Positions 37,240-49,259 are shown, counted from the first letter of the stretch. The stretch is DNA of 64,000 nucleotides from Octopus bimaculoides (GCF_001194135.2 NC_068986.1:74497493-74561492), one strand, 5' to 3'. Numbers and translations are program-made. The notes: a model not told the origin generated them from the sequence alone.

Positions 37240-37930
37240 TCTCTTTATTACCCACTAGGGTCTAAACATAGAAGGGGACAAACACAATCGGGGAACTAAA
37301 ATTATAAAATGGAGGTAAAAAGAAAGAAATAGAATAAAAGAAAAGAATGAATTATGAAAAAGATGATATAATGAGGCGGAATGCCCACTCGACGTCGGGG
37401 GTCGAGTGGTTACATTGATACCGTTTTGTCGTTCAATGCCTTAAATCTAGCAGTTCAATTCCATAGTCCTCTCTCAGCTTAGTATAATTAGTCCTTTTCG
37501 GCAACTTGTCTCTATCGCCGATGATTTTCCACCAATCGATGCCTTTATCATTCTTTTTTACTATTTCCCATTGTTCTTTGTTTACCAAATAACACATCGT
37601 AGTCTCACCATCATCATCCACGAATTCTACTTCCACCATGTCCTTCCACTCGTTCACCCGTTTTACCATGTCAACTCACGCGTTCTCATACAGAACGCAA
37701 GCAAAACAAACAGGGGGAGGGGAAATCTTATTTTCATCGTGTATGTTTGTATTTTTATTCAGTTTTCTTGTTGGAGGGGATTGGGTAGGTTTAGTGTCTG
37801 TATGGGGAGGGTGATGTGAAAAGGGAGCGGATGGGCCCTGGGTGGGTTGGGGTTCACAATTACTTACTTTCTTCCTTTTTCTTTTTTTCCTCCTTACGGC
37901 TGTTTCCCATTCCTTATCTTCTGCAGTTTC
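37240..37930 (-). mobile_element. Short L1/Tx1-like retroelement 3' part with ORF1-like C-terminus (element B)
   Basis: EWETAVRRKKRKRKK plus a Pro-rich segment, frameshift to MVKRVNEW...IELLDLRH-stop, then a 3' UTR homologous to element A ending in gtaataaag. Confidence 0.5.
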
Positions 37931-38567
37931 NNNNNNNNNNNNNNNNNNNNNNNNNNNNNNNNNNNNNNNNNNNNNNNNNNNNNNNNNNNNNNNNNNNNNN
38001 NNNNNNNNNNNNNNNNNNNNNNNNNNNNNNNNNNNNNNNNNNNNNNNNNNNNNNNNNNNNNNNNNNNNNNNNNNNNNNNNNNNNNNNNNNNNNNNNNNNN
38101 NNNNNNNNNNNNNNNNNNNNNNNNNNNNNNNNNNNNNNNNNNNNNNNNNNNNNNNNNNNNNNNNNNNNNNNNNNNNNNNNNNNNNNNNNNNNNNNNNNNN
38201 NNNNNNNNNNNNNNNNNNNNNNNNNNNNNNNNNNNNNNNNNNNNNNNNNNNNNNNNNNNNNNNNNNNNNNNNNNNNNNNNNNNNNNNNNNNNNNNNNNNN
38301 NNNNNNNNNNNNNNNNNNNNNNNNNNNNNNNNNNNNNNNNNNNNNNNNNNNNNNNNNNNNNNNNNNNNNNNNNNNNNNNNNNNNNNNNNNNNNNNNNNNN
38401 NNNNNNNNNNNNNNNNNNNNNNNNNNNNNNNNNNNNNNNNNNNNNNNNNNNNNNNNNNNNNNNNNNNNNNNNNNNNNNNNNNNNNNNNNNNNNNNNNNNN
38501 NNNNNNNNNNNNNNNNNNNNNNNNNNNNNNNNNNNNNNNNNNNNNNNNNNNNNNNNNNNNNNNNNNN

Positions 38568-38601
<34 letters not shown>

Positions 38602-38989
38602 GTGTTATACGAATATTTAATGTCTAATATAATGATATGTATATAATTATACAATTAAATATCCAAATAATTATATAATTATGTGTGTATGTGTATGTTT
38701 AAATATATAGTTTTATAACGATTCCATTCCAGCAATTAGCTTGGAATCTTACTTTAACTTGTCAACTTACCATTTGCTTGAACCAGAACCTGGATCTGAC
38801 ATCGATTCTTAATGTTTGAATACTTTCAACTAATTACACGTTTACTGGATGACTGATCAGAGTACAATCAATTAAATAACCAATTAATGAACTGCATACT
38901 GTCTTTCACTGACACCCTCCTACAAGCTTGTTCTCTCTCTCTCTCTCTCTCTCCCTCTCTCTCTCTCCTCTTTCTCTTTCTCTCTCATT

Positions 38990-39414
38990 TCATGTCTACG
39001 TAAATAAATTAATATCGGCACTGTGGTGCTAAATTGGATGTGGCCAATAGAACATTCGTGAGAATTTGTCTGAGAGTGACACCTGTGTGCATTATAATCA
39101 GGCTGTCGATAGACACATGGTGCTGACAGAATCAACCTTTCTGTGATCCTGAGTGCAATCAGGAAAACGTCAGATGCAAACAATGTTTGTATTTCGGCAA
39201 GATTTCTCTGGAAGGCACTCTACCATTTTTGTCACGTTAACTCTAACATTCGTGTCTTTCATCCCTGCAGCTGGGTTTGAATTTAGAATTGCGAGACACC
39301 AAACGATGACATTTGGAATCCTGTTTCAATTTCTGGTAGCTTTCACCAATTTTATCATGCAGTCTGTGATATTGCATTTCCGATTCGTCTCTGATTCTGA
39401 TTCCACTCTCGATT

Positions 39415-39420
<6 letters not shown>
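38990..39420 (-). mobile_element. Possible decayed Penelope GIY-YIG region
   Basis: Broken frames SCRNTNIV.. and YRQPDY...HECSIGHIQF loosely resemble the Penelope endonuclease region. Confidence 0.3.
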
Positions 39421-39475
<55 letters not shown>

Positions 39476-39649
39476 TATAGGTAATGTTTCAGTCCTGATG
39501 GGTTTCTAGCAGACCTTCTCACCAAGTAATCCTAGTGGGGGTTCCGGTTTAGTCGCGACGACTCAACCATTTAATAAGTTGTACTGGAATCCATGTTACC
39601 AGTAGTACTCATGAGAGACCTCACAAGTAACCTAAAACGCATGCGTACA

Positions 39650-39734
39650 TACATACATGCATATATACATACATACATGGATGGATGGATGGATGGATGG
39701 ATCGATTGACAGACAGACAGACAGACAGACAGAC

Positions 39735-39780
<46 letters not shown>
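39650..39780. repeat. Compound tetranucleotide microsatellite (ATAC)(GGAT)(GACA)(GATA)
   Basis: Direct reading. Confidence 0.95.
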
Positions 39781-39789
39781 GATACTTGC

Positions 39790-40860
39790 GGTATTAATGG
39801 TCATATATGGTAATTTAGTAAAACGATTCCAAGCTTGCAAAATAAAAATGTATTTCAATAAAAATTTGTGCCTATATTCCCGATAAGTTTTCTTATACGA
39901 TTATTCTGTGAATCTGCCTTCAGCTTCGACGATTGCTTCAATGCAGGATGGGAATTATTGACGTGTCTGTACCAAATGACTCTTCATCATTTCCGAGATT
40001 ATCTGGATAATGGCTACTTTCAGTGAAGCTATGGTATTGCGAGGATGCCGATTGGTCTCCCCTTCAACAATGCTCCAAACGTAATAGTCCATGAGATTTA
40101 AATCTAGTGAATTTCAGGGCCACGAGTTTGGTGCTACATGATCGTAAAAATTGTCTGGCATCTAATCATGGGTGCATGGGATGATGCTGAGGTATGCTGA
40201 AACATGTATGGTATTCCATTGTACTTCATTCACTCAGGGCTTAACAACTGTCTCCAGAAACTCAATGTATCCAACAGCATTAATCCTATGACACTTCTAA
40301 AATCTTCCCAGTGGCTGGAAATTTAGTGTGTATTACTTTAAAAACACCATAATAATCTGGACGCAACCATCTGTCATTTCTCCTGTTAGACGTTTAGTTT
40401 TTAGTGAATTTTGTTTTAATCAGAAGAACAAAAGCATGCCATGTTCATGAGAGTTTTTAACCTTATTAAGTAACCACTTGGCCCGAATCAAATGGCTTTC
40501 CTGTGTCTTTGCAGACATGAATTTGTTCCTCCTCAGTACATATGAATTGAATCGAATGTTCTCGTACACCACAGTTTTGATACCACTCTGACGCCAGAAA
40601 TTCTTTGGCGATGGCTCTGATTGTTTTTCCAGGCACATCATCGATAATATTTCGAAGTCATTGGATGAATTGCAGTGTCTTTTCAGTGTTCGAACGTTTG
40701 AAATGTTTTTTTTCTTCTCCCTTTGAAACAGTTGAAACATTCCCGCCATTTCCATCCAAACTTTATATACAGAAGGATGTTACGACATTTAGAAAGTTGG
40801 CAATTTCTAAATCTCATTGTATCGCAACATTGTTTGTGTTAGCGTTTTATTTGCTATGGG
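39790..40860 (-). mobile_element. maT (DD37D)-like transposase pseudogene
   Basis: SWP*NSLDLNLMDYYVWSIVEGETNRHPRNTIASLKVAI...IEAIVEAEGRFTE-stop. The N-terminal part is related to the 5415-6384 copy. Confidence 0.8.
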
Positions 40861-40861
40861 G

Positions 40862-40907
<46 letters not shown>

Positions 40908-41699
40908 NNNNNNNNNNNNNNNNNNNNNNNNNNNNNNNNNNNNNNNNNNNNNNNNNNNNNNNNNNNNNNNNNNNNNNNNNNNNNNNNNNNNNNNNNNNNN
41001 NNNNNNNNNNNNNNNNNNNNNNNNNNNNNNNNNNNNNNNNNNNNNNNNNNNNNNNNNNNNNNNNNNNNNNNNNNNNNNNNNNNNNNNNNNNNNNNNNNNN
41101 NNNNNNNNNNNNNNNNNNNNNNNNNNNNNNNNNNNNNNNNNNNNNNNNNNNNNNNNNNNNNNNNNNNNNNNNNNNNNNNNNNNNNNNNNNNNNNNNNNNN
41201 NNNNNNNNNNNNNNNNNNNNNNNNNNNNNNNNNNNNNNNNNNNNNNNNNNNNNNNNNNNNNNNNNNNNNNNNNNNNNNNNNNNNNNNNNNNNNNNNNNNN
41301 NNNNNNNNNNNNNNNNNNNNNNNNNNNNNNNNNNNNNNNNNNNNNNNNNNNNNNNNNNNNNNNNNNNNNNNNNNNNNNNNNNNNNNNNNNNNNNNNNNNN
41401 NNNNNNNNNNNNNNNNNNNNNNNNNNNNNNNNNNNNNNNNNNNNNNNNNNNNNNNNNNNNNNNNNNNNNNNNNNNNNNNNNNNNNNNNNNNNNNNNNNNN
41501 NNNNNNNNNNNNNNNNNNNNNNNNNNNNNNNNNNNNNNNNNNNNNNNNNNNNNNNNNNNNNNNNNNNNNNNNNNNNNNNNNNNNNNNNNNNNNNNNNNNN
41601 NNNNNNNNNNNNNNNNNNNNNNNNNNNNNNNNNNNNNNNNNNNNNNNNNNNNNNNNNNNNNNNNNNNNNNNGTGTATATAGGGATGAGGATTGAATACA

Positions 41700-43620
41700 A
41701 CTCATGGACGAATCATTTTAGAGTTTTTGCAAGCAACTTGCATTTGCAAGTGTTACCAGTTGAAAGCTACGCATACCAGATGCTAGCAACCTTATAGGGT
41801 CATCAGAAGGGAATGCGCACCGTTTCGTCGCCTTCTTTTCGACGGCATCCTTGCGCACCCTCCCCTTCCCCACCTCACTGAAAAGAGGCTCTGCTTGATA
41901 GATAAGCTGGTTACTGGGTTTCACTCAATATTCTCCTAGCCATTACTCATCGTTTTTTTTTAAACCAAATCCAGTGGTTTGCCTTTTTCCACTGTAGTCT
42001 GGATATCACTCATGACAATATTTGCTTTACGATATGTTAGGCTTGGCGATAGCAGTCGTTTCACCCTATGTCCAACGAATTCTCTTCATCCAACGTCGAC
42101 TGGAAAATGCTTCGAAGGAAGTTTTTTAACGGTCGATCTTTCGAGCCAAGAGCGGCGTCCATGTTATTTTCACGAGGAACCATTAACTCCACTAGATTTA
42201 TTACTTTCTTTCTTTCTGAACGAGGAAGAATCTTTGGCACCCTGGTAAATCTGCAGCCACCTTCCATTAGCCGTTCCACTTTTCATCGTGCACAGGAAAT
42301 TTCTTCTTCAAACGGACCTGCTGTCCTGAACACACTAAGGTAATGAAATCTCTAGTTGGTTTCTTCAGTTGGATTTTGCCACTGCTGATGAGAGTAATCT
42401 AGTTCTTTGTAGCATTGAAGAGGACCGTAAGAACCAGCTTGTGTCTCCATGTATATCAGTTCAATGCCAATGAACAATTGGAAAGAATGTTTCAGCGTTC
42501 CAACTTTTCCACATCTTTTATCATTCTCTGATACGTTCCTTCTTATTGGGTTTGTAGACCATGGCAAGGCATCGTTGGACGACACATCTACGTATTCCTT
42601 TCATTGTGTTATCTGTCCTTGTGAGAGTATTGAATCAAATGAAACTCTCTTCTCTCTGTTTCCTTTGCTTTGAAGCTGTTGCCAAGAACAAATCTGTTTT
42701 CGTTCCGCATCATACTTGAAAACGGTCAGAACCGATCTGCGTCAAATCCAAGCCCCTTCCGATCAATTTGCGTGACGCCCACCATATCTCAGTGTGTAAG
42801 TGAAGACAAGACGTCATCAGTCTCTGCTTCTGCTTTCCACTTCCTGGCAGATTTTACATAGTGAATTTCGTCTGATTTCTATATTCTTCGACACCCTCGG
42901 CTGTACATTAGCTCTTGTCCTTCGTTAAAGCCTGAATAGGTGCACAGTGTACCACACGTCAGGTGACGAGGTGATCGCAGAGCAACGTGATATGAAGCGT
43001 TTGACTCGAGAACAAAATGCACCGCCCATTGCAGTTTTGCTTAATGATTTGAACCCGTGACTGTGCCGCCACGTTTATCAAAAGTGGTCACGAAAAGTGA
43101 GGATATAAACCGAACTGTAAGCACCATATTTTAAATTTCCCTGACAATGTTCTAGCGTATACATGCTTAACAAGTTTTTCTTTGACTGTTGGAATGCTCG
43201 CTCCTGCTATTTGAAATTTTACTTCTTTTGCACTTTCCTAAAAAATGCCAGACTACGCGAGTTTTTGCTCTGAATTGCATCCTTGACCACTTTATCAGCT
43301 CGTCTAGCCTCAAGAGAGCACTCTGCATGATTTGCATATCTATTGACAGAAGTGTCACGTCATCCATGAAGGCCTTCATAGGTGATTGTATATGGGCCAT
43401 TTGTTTCGAAAAGTCTGTCGCTTTCAAAACCATCTCCATGACTAGGATAAACCACGTGACAGATATTGTGCAGTCAGTAGCAATGCCAATCTTCAGGCGG
43501 GGCCAATCTGTTGTAAAGTTACCATCTATAAGCCTCATCTTGGAACTGATATTGTATATCCTCTTTGGCAGCTAATATGGAAGAATTGCTGGAAATGAGA
43601 CCAGTGGGCGAAGAAGTTTA
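41700..43620 (-). mobile_element. HERO-like RLE non-LTR retrotransposon remnant, interrupted by a SINE
   Basis: RT FTTDWPRLKIGIATDCTISVTWFILVMEM...PMKAFMDDVT (43167-43538), then NILSNCSLALN*YTWRHKLVL and INLVELMVPRENNMDAA (ELTVPWE-like RLE motif). Confidence 0.8.
42900..43060 (-). mobile_element. SINE family D2
   Basis: gatcgcagagcaacgtgatatgaagcgtttgactcgagaacaaaatgcaccgcc is the reverse complement of the D2 body at 15890-15960. Confidence 0.7.
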
Positions 43621-43947
43621 TATTTTGATTGTGTCGACCACACATACACGCGTGCGCAGAGGCATGGCTGTTATGTCTGAGCATTGCTGATCTACAAAGT
43701 AAATAACAACAGCATTAACAGAAGGTTCTACGTGCCAATTATGGTTTCACAACGTGATTGCTCATCCTGCTAAAAATAGCAGCTACATATCTCTTTACTC
43801 ATATTTTATCGATGTAATTAAGGATAGGACATATTAAATAACAGTCCTACACGGCACTAAAACGAACATTAGGTGCGTTCAGTCAGTGCTGACCTAGGGT
43901 TAAGCAACAACAATAGCGATTGGTTCTAATTTAACCTGAAACATCCC

Positions 43948-44145
43948 TTCGTTATCACGCCGGGCAAAATGCTTAGCAGTATTTCGTTCGTCTTTACGTT
44001 CTGAGTTCAAATTCCGCCGATGTCCACTTTGCCTTTTATCATTTTGGAGTCGATAAGATAAATACTAGTTGAGCAATGGAGTCGATATAATCGACTAGTC
44101 CCGTCCCCTGAAATGACTGACCTTGTGCCAAAATTTGAAATCAAT
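43948..44145 (+). mobile_element. SINE family B
   Basis: cgttatcacgccgggcaaaatgcttagc...gagttcaaattccgccg...gaccttgtgccaaaatttgaaa. Confidence 0.85.
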
Positions 44146-44228
44146 TAATCACAGTTTCTTGGAGTTCGAGAAAAACGGTGCTGCAATTTCTTGCTGAACA
44201 ACCTGCACAAATCACCTGAAATGCATAT

Positions 44229-44420
44229 GCTGTACATTAGCTCTTGTCCTTCGTTAAAGCATGAATAGGTGCACAGTGTACCACACGTCAGGTGACGAGG
44301 TGATCGCAGAGCAACGTGAGATGAAGCGTTTGACTCGAGAACAAAATGCACCGCCCAGTTTTGGAATCGACCTCGCGCTCCCGTGACCGTGATTGCAACA
44401 CTCTAACCACTAAGACAAGT
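44229..44420 (-). mobile_element. SINE family D2
   Basis: 127/129 identical to 42900-43028; the head end is actctaaccactaagaca. Confidence 0.75.
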
Positions 44421-44844
44421 GTCCTCATTCAGAGACTTCTAATCTGTAGAGGAAGGAAACAAAATACTGTTAGAGAGTTAGAGGTAAATTGTTCCAATTG
44501 TATACACCATTCCATTGTCTGAAATGCATAAAGAGAATGATGAGGGATACCACTCGTATTTAAACTGGTAAATTCTTGATTCAAAAGAATGCAAGAATGA
44601 AAAGGAGAAGAAATATAGAAGAATTATAGAAGTAGAAATGAAGCAGAAACTGTATATTGCATGAAATTTAACAGGTGGATTTATTGATCAATCGAATGAT
44701 TTTTTTTTTCACTTATTAGTGGGAAACACAAGCAGACTAATTTCAGTTTGGAAACAACGTAGGTTTTAAATCTCTCACAAACAGCTACTGAAACAGAAAG
44801 TATATTGGTAGATTAATAATAACGAAGTGTTTTGGTTGGCTATA

Positions 44845-45983
44845 GGCGCAAGTGTGGCAGTGTGATAAGAAGTTTAATTTCCAACCACATGGTTTCATGC
44901 TATGTTCCACTGTATGAGACCATGAAAATCATCAGCATACTTATCGTCATCGTCGCTGTTGTCGTCATCGTCGTCATCGTCGTCATCATCATCATCGTCT
45001 TAACGTCCACTTTTCCATTCTTGCATGGGTCGGACAGAGTTTAGTGAAGCGGTACACGCAGTACTTAGTGAAGCGGTGTCATCTTATATTCCTCGGGCCG
45101 ACCAAAGCTTTGTGAGAGGATTCGGCAGACAGAAACTGAAAGAAACTCATCATATATATATATATATATATATANNNNNNNNNNNNNNNNNNNNNNNNNN
45201 NNNNNNNNNNNNNNNNNNNNNNNNNNNNNNNNNNNNNNNNNNNNNNNNNNNNNNNNNNNNNNNNNNNNNNNNNNNNNNNNNNNNNNNNNNNNNNNNNNNN
45301 NNNNNNNNNNNNNNNNNNNNNNNNNNNNNNNNNNNNNNNNNNNNNNNNNNNNNNNNNNNNNNNNNNNNNNNNNNNNNNNNNNNNNNNNNNNNNNNNNNNN
45401 NNNNNNNNNNNNNNNNNNNNNNNNNNNNNNNNNNNNNNNNNNNNNNNNNNNNNNNNNNNNNNNNNNNNNNNNNNNNNNNNNNNNNNNNNNNNNNNNNNNN
45501 NNNNNNNNNNNNNNNNNNNNNNNNNNNNNNNNNNNNNNNNNNNNNNNNNNNNNNNNNNNNNNNNNNNNNNNNNNNNNNNNNNNNNNNNNNNNNNNNNNNN
45601 NNNNNNNNNNNNNNNNNNNNNNNNNNNNNNNNNNNNNNNNNNNNNNNNNNNNNNNNNNNNNNNNNNNNNNNNNNNTACATACACTCACACATACACACAT
45701 GTATGTAAGTACATATGTTAGTCTCGTATGTTTGTGTCTCCTTGTCTTGACATCGTCTGATAGTTGGTAAATGAGTGTCACCGTCATATAGACAATATCA
45801 TTCATTTTTAATATTTTACGAAAACGTCTGGCCATGGGGTAATATTAACTTGCATCAAGACAGAGATCAGAGTTGGCGATAGGAAGGGTATCCGGCTATT
45901 GAAAATCCGCTTCACTAAACTCTGTCCGACCCATGTAAGGATGGAAAAGTGGACGTTAAGACGATGATGACGACGACAACGAT

Positions 45984-46014
<31 letters not shown>

Positions 46015-46070
46015 ACGACGATGACGATGACGACGACGACGATGACGATGACGACGACGACGATGACGAC
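44845..46070 (+). mobile_element. SINE family A with RTE-type tail, containing an inverted copy of its own 3' end
   Basis: Head ggcgcaagtgtggcagtgtgataagaag, inverted insert 44921-45052, body resumes cctcgggccgaccaaagc, tail gtccgacccatgtaaggatggaaaagtggacgttaag(gac/gat)n. Confidence 0.8.
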
Positions 46071-46143
46071 AAGTATACTGATGGTCTTCATGTTTATAAT
46101 GATAAGAACTGACTGAAGTATATTTATTTTTTACTTATTACAC

Positions 46144-46550
46144 TAATACCTTTTGGGGAGTTGTGACAGTCATATATATTCTTATGACATTAATATCCTT
46201 ATAGAAGTTATGACAGCCATACATTTTTATAACATTAATAGCCCTAGAGAAGTTATGGCAGTCATACGTCCTTATGACATTAGTACCTTTAGGGAAGTAA
46301 TGACAGTCATACATTCTTATGACTTTAATACCCTTAAGGAAGTTATGACAATTACATATTCATATGACGTTAATGCATTTAAATGAATTAGTTATGACAG
46401 CCATACGTTCTGATGACATATCAGTTCTCTTACGGAAGTTATGACAGCCATGTCTTCATATGACATTAATACCTTTAGGAAAGTTATAGCAGTTATCCAT
46501 TCCTATGATAGTAATGTCCTTAGGATAATTAATTATGACCAATACATTCT
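46144..46550. repeat. 45-bp minisatellite, about 9 diverged copies
   Basis: Consensus approximately taatacctttagggaagttatgacagtcatacattcttatgacat; gives the 15-aa periodicity of ORF 46153-46386. Confidence 0.9.
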
Positions 46551-47092
46551 TAGCCTCATCTCTGGTGTGTAAATTTGTCACTGTGCAATAGAAACCTAAA
46601 TATGAGTGGTGTGTATGTGTACAAGCTGTTATCTATAACTGTATATAAAATATGTAAGCCGTTATTTATCAATGTGTGCATATGTGTGTGTGTGTATTAT
46701 TTATGAATTTGTGTGTGTGTAAGTGTGTGTCTGTGTACATGTATATGCGAGAGAGAGAGAAAGAGCTGTTATTTATCAATGTATGTGCGTGTATATACGT
46801 CTATATGTTTGCGTGCGCAAGTTGTTGTTGAAATTTTTTTCACATCATTATTCTGAGTCTATGATCAAAAGCCGTTTACAGAGTTCCTTCTGGCTAAAGA
46901 ACAAAATGAAAATTCTTCCAATTTTTGTTTCCTATACTTCACAGAATTCATAGAAGAGACAAGATATACTTCAAACGTCTCGAAGATAGGTGAGAGGTAA
47001 AGTATAGCGAAGGTAAGATATTCTGTGAGTAAAACTTTTCCAAGTCATTATAGACAAGCTTCTTATGTTCAAAGTAATGTTTGAAATAATCT

Positions 47093-47360
47093 TTATCATT
47101 GAAACATCTCGTCATGTCTTCCCCCTTTAACGTTGAGACATCTCGTCATTTCACCCTGCGTTTTTTAGCATTGAAACATATCATCAGCCACAGTATCTTG
47201 ATCATAGGAATATCTCGTCTCCATCCCATTTCACAGTGATATATCTCATCTCCCCTACTTAGCATTGAGGCATCTCGCCATCTCCCCATCTATTAATAAT
47301 GTGACAGAAGATTACCCTCGATTTTAACATTGGGACATTTCATCCCATTGTAATGTTCCC
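47093..47360. repeat. Degenerate ~30-38 bp tandem repeat with conserved core
   Basis: Core ttagcattgaRacatctcgtcat in about 7 copies, separated by short pyrimidine-rich linkers. Confidence 0.65.
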
Positions 47361-49087
47361 TTTGTCAGGGCTGTCGGAATAACGAAAGGCAACGAGATGA
47401 GATGGCTCCACGAGATTTTATTCGTCATGTGATACACTGTCTCTAAACATACATGCCAACAAGGGAACATTTACGTAGTCGTTCGACTTGCTAGAAATAG
47501 TAACCAAATCTTCTCCATATTATATCCTGCCGTCCTAAATAATAAAACAATACGTTGGATAATGTTGTTGCTAGAAATATCAGCCAAATATTCCTCATAT
47601 TATACCCTACTGTCTTAAATAAGGAAGAAATACATTGGGTCGTGGGTACATTTAAAAGCAGGGTGGTCCCCACTGGGATGTTCGATCAAGATCTGCTCGG
47701 TTAAAGTTGATCTGGTGTTTAGTAACACCACCACTAATAATAACTTTAGGCAACAGAGAGTTGCGATAACTCCAACCCACATCATAACTATGATCTGATA
47801 GAGGGAGATGCTAGTATCGAATGAGAAAGATCGCGAGGAGTGAGGCTCCCCTTAGCTCTTGTTAAGGCATGTCTCTGGAACCTGCATCAAACCCAGGCTG
47901 TATCTGTTTCGATAATCGGCGGTGATTTGGTCAGCGAATCCTCTGCGACGGTCGGCAATCGACGGTAAGATGTGCTGCTACGGATCATACTATCCCAAAG
48001 TGTGCATGCATGTGACCGGGAACTACATGTCATAACTTCCGTAAAAGTACTGATATGTCATCTGAACGTATGATTGTCATTAATTAACCAAAGTGCATTA
48101 ATGTGGTTGTTCGACGTACTATAAATAGTGACTACATGTTCCTTAAATTTCTCTATTAGTTTAAGAAAACGTGTAAAAACAAATTTAATCTCGGATATCG
48201 TATGCCAGAAGAAAAGACCGATAGAAAAGAACGAATTGTATAGAGGATGTTCAAGGTATATTAGGTAAATCCTTTCTCTGGTCCTACAGCATCAAGATGA
48301 ACAGAGACATGGAGTTCTTTTTTTAGAAGTAGACCTGAGGGAATGCATATTTTAAATAAATCTACCCTTGAAATCATTATCTGTAAGTACCATGTTGTTA
48401 CTTGGTGTGCTATCAAGTGTGTTTAGAAGGCAGAGTTCTCAGTATTAGAAAGACAGAATTTCCTGAATGGACAGGCGGATTGATTTTAGCATTTGCTTAA
48501 GGACTCCTAATTTGAAACACAATTAGGTAGAGCATCAAACGAAGTTGTCGAAATTGTCAAGAAGAACGAACCTCGTCACCTTATGACAATCAGACTTATT
48601 TAGATGAAGACAAACACTTTTGTGCTCCAGTGATTAACTTCGAAACTGCGAATTTAACGACGTTTTGTCCCATAAGTTTTTTCCCAACTGAATCTATTTT
48701 GACGCACTTTTCAGTATTAAATTCATCTCATTTAAATCTTTTAAGGACACTTAATTATACTAATTTATGTTTTTAAATAGCAGAGATGTCATGATTTCAG
48801 GCATTACTGTTAGATTTGACCACTCTTTTCCTCATAAGTTTTTTTCCTACAACACCAAGACCAATTTTGAGATCTTTTATTTAAGTATAACTAAATCAAA
48901 AATAATGAAGAAATAAGGAAATTATGCTGCCTAGAAGTTTCATCTACGTGTTACTCTCACATGTTTTGAAAATACAGTTTTATCGTAACATTTTTATACC
49001 GACCAATTTCGTATTATAATATCTTAATCTTTGCCAGTTCAAAGCCTTTTAATAAGTTTGTCCTAAAAGTTGTATTCAGACTTTTAA

Positions 49088-49259
49088 TTAACCCTTGTAT
49101 CATACATTCTGATAACTATAAAACTTTCCTATCGTGTGTTCCAAGTTGCTCTGGTTGTTGAAAAAAAGAACTGGGAATTTCTATCATGTATGGTGCATGG
49201 ATGCCAGGCAAATATGTCCTGTATATCAAATATGGTACACAGGACAGGTGAAAGGTTAA
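49088..49259. mobile_element. Possible piggyBac-type MITE
   Basis: TTAA-ccctt ... aaagg-TTAA ends, with a subterminal hairpin tcctgtatatca-aata-tggtacacagga. Confidence 0.35.

Noticed and set aside
41797-41835. GAAAC...CTGATGA on the minus strand in the HERO-like 3' UTR as a type II hammerhead
   Set aside because: Stems I and II cannot be formed.
46144-47360. CRISPR-like arrays
   Set aside because: Eukaryotic context, no cas genes, degenerate repeats, and linkers too short or homologous to be spacers.
48290-48385. Possible exon between cctacag and gtaagt
   Set aside because: Stops occur in all three frames.
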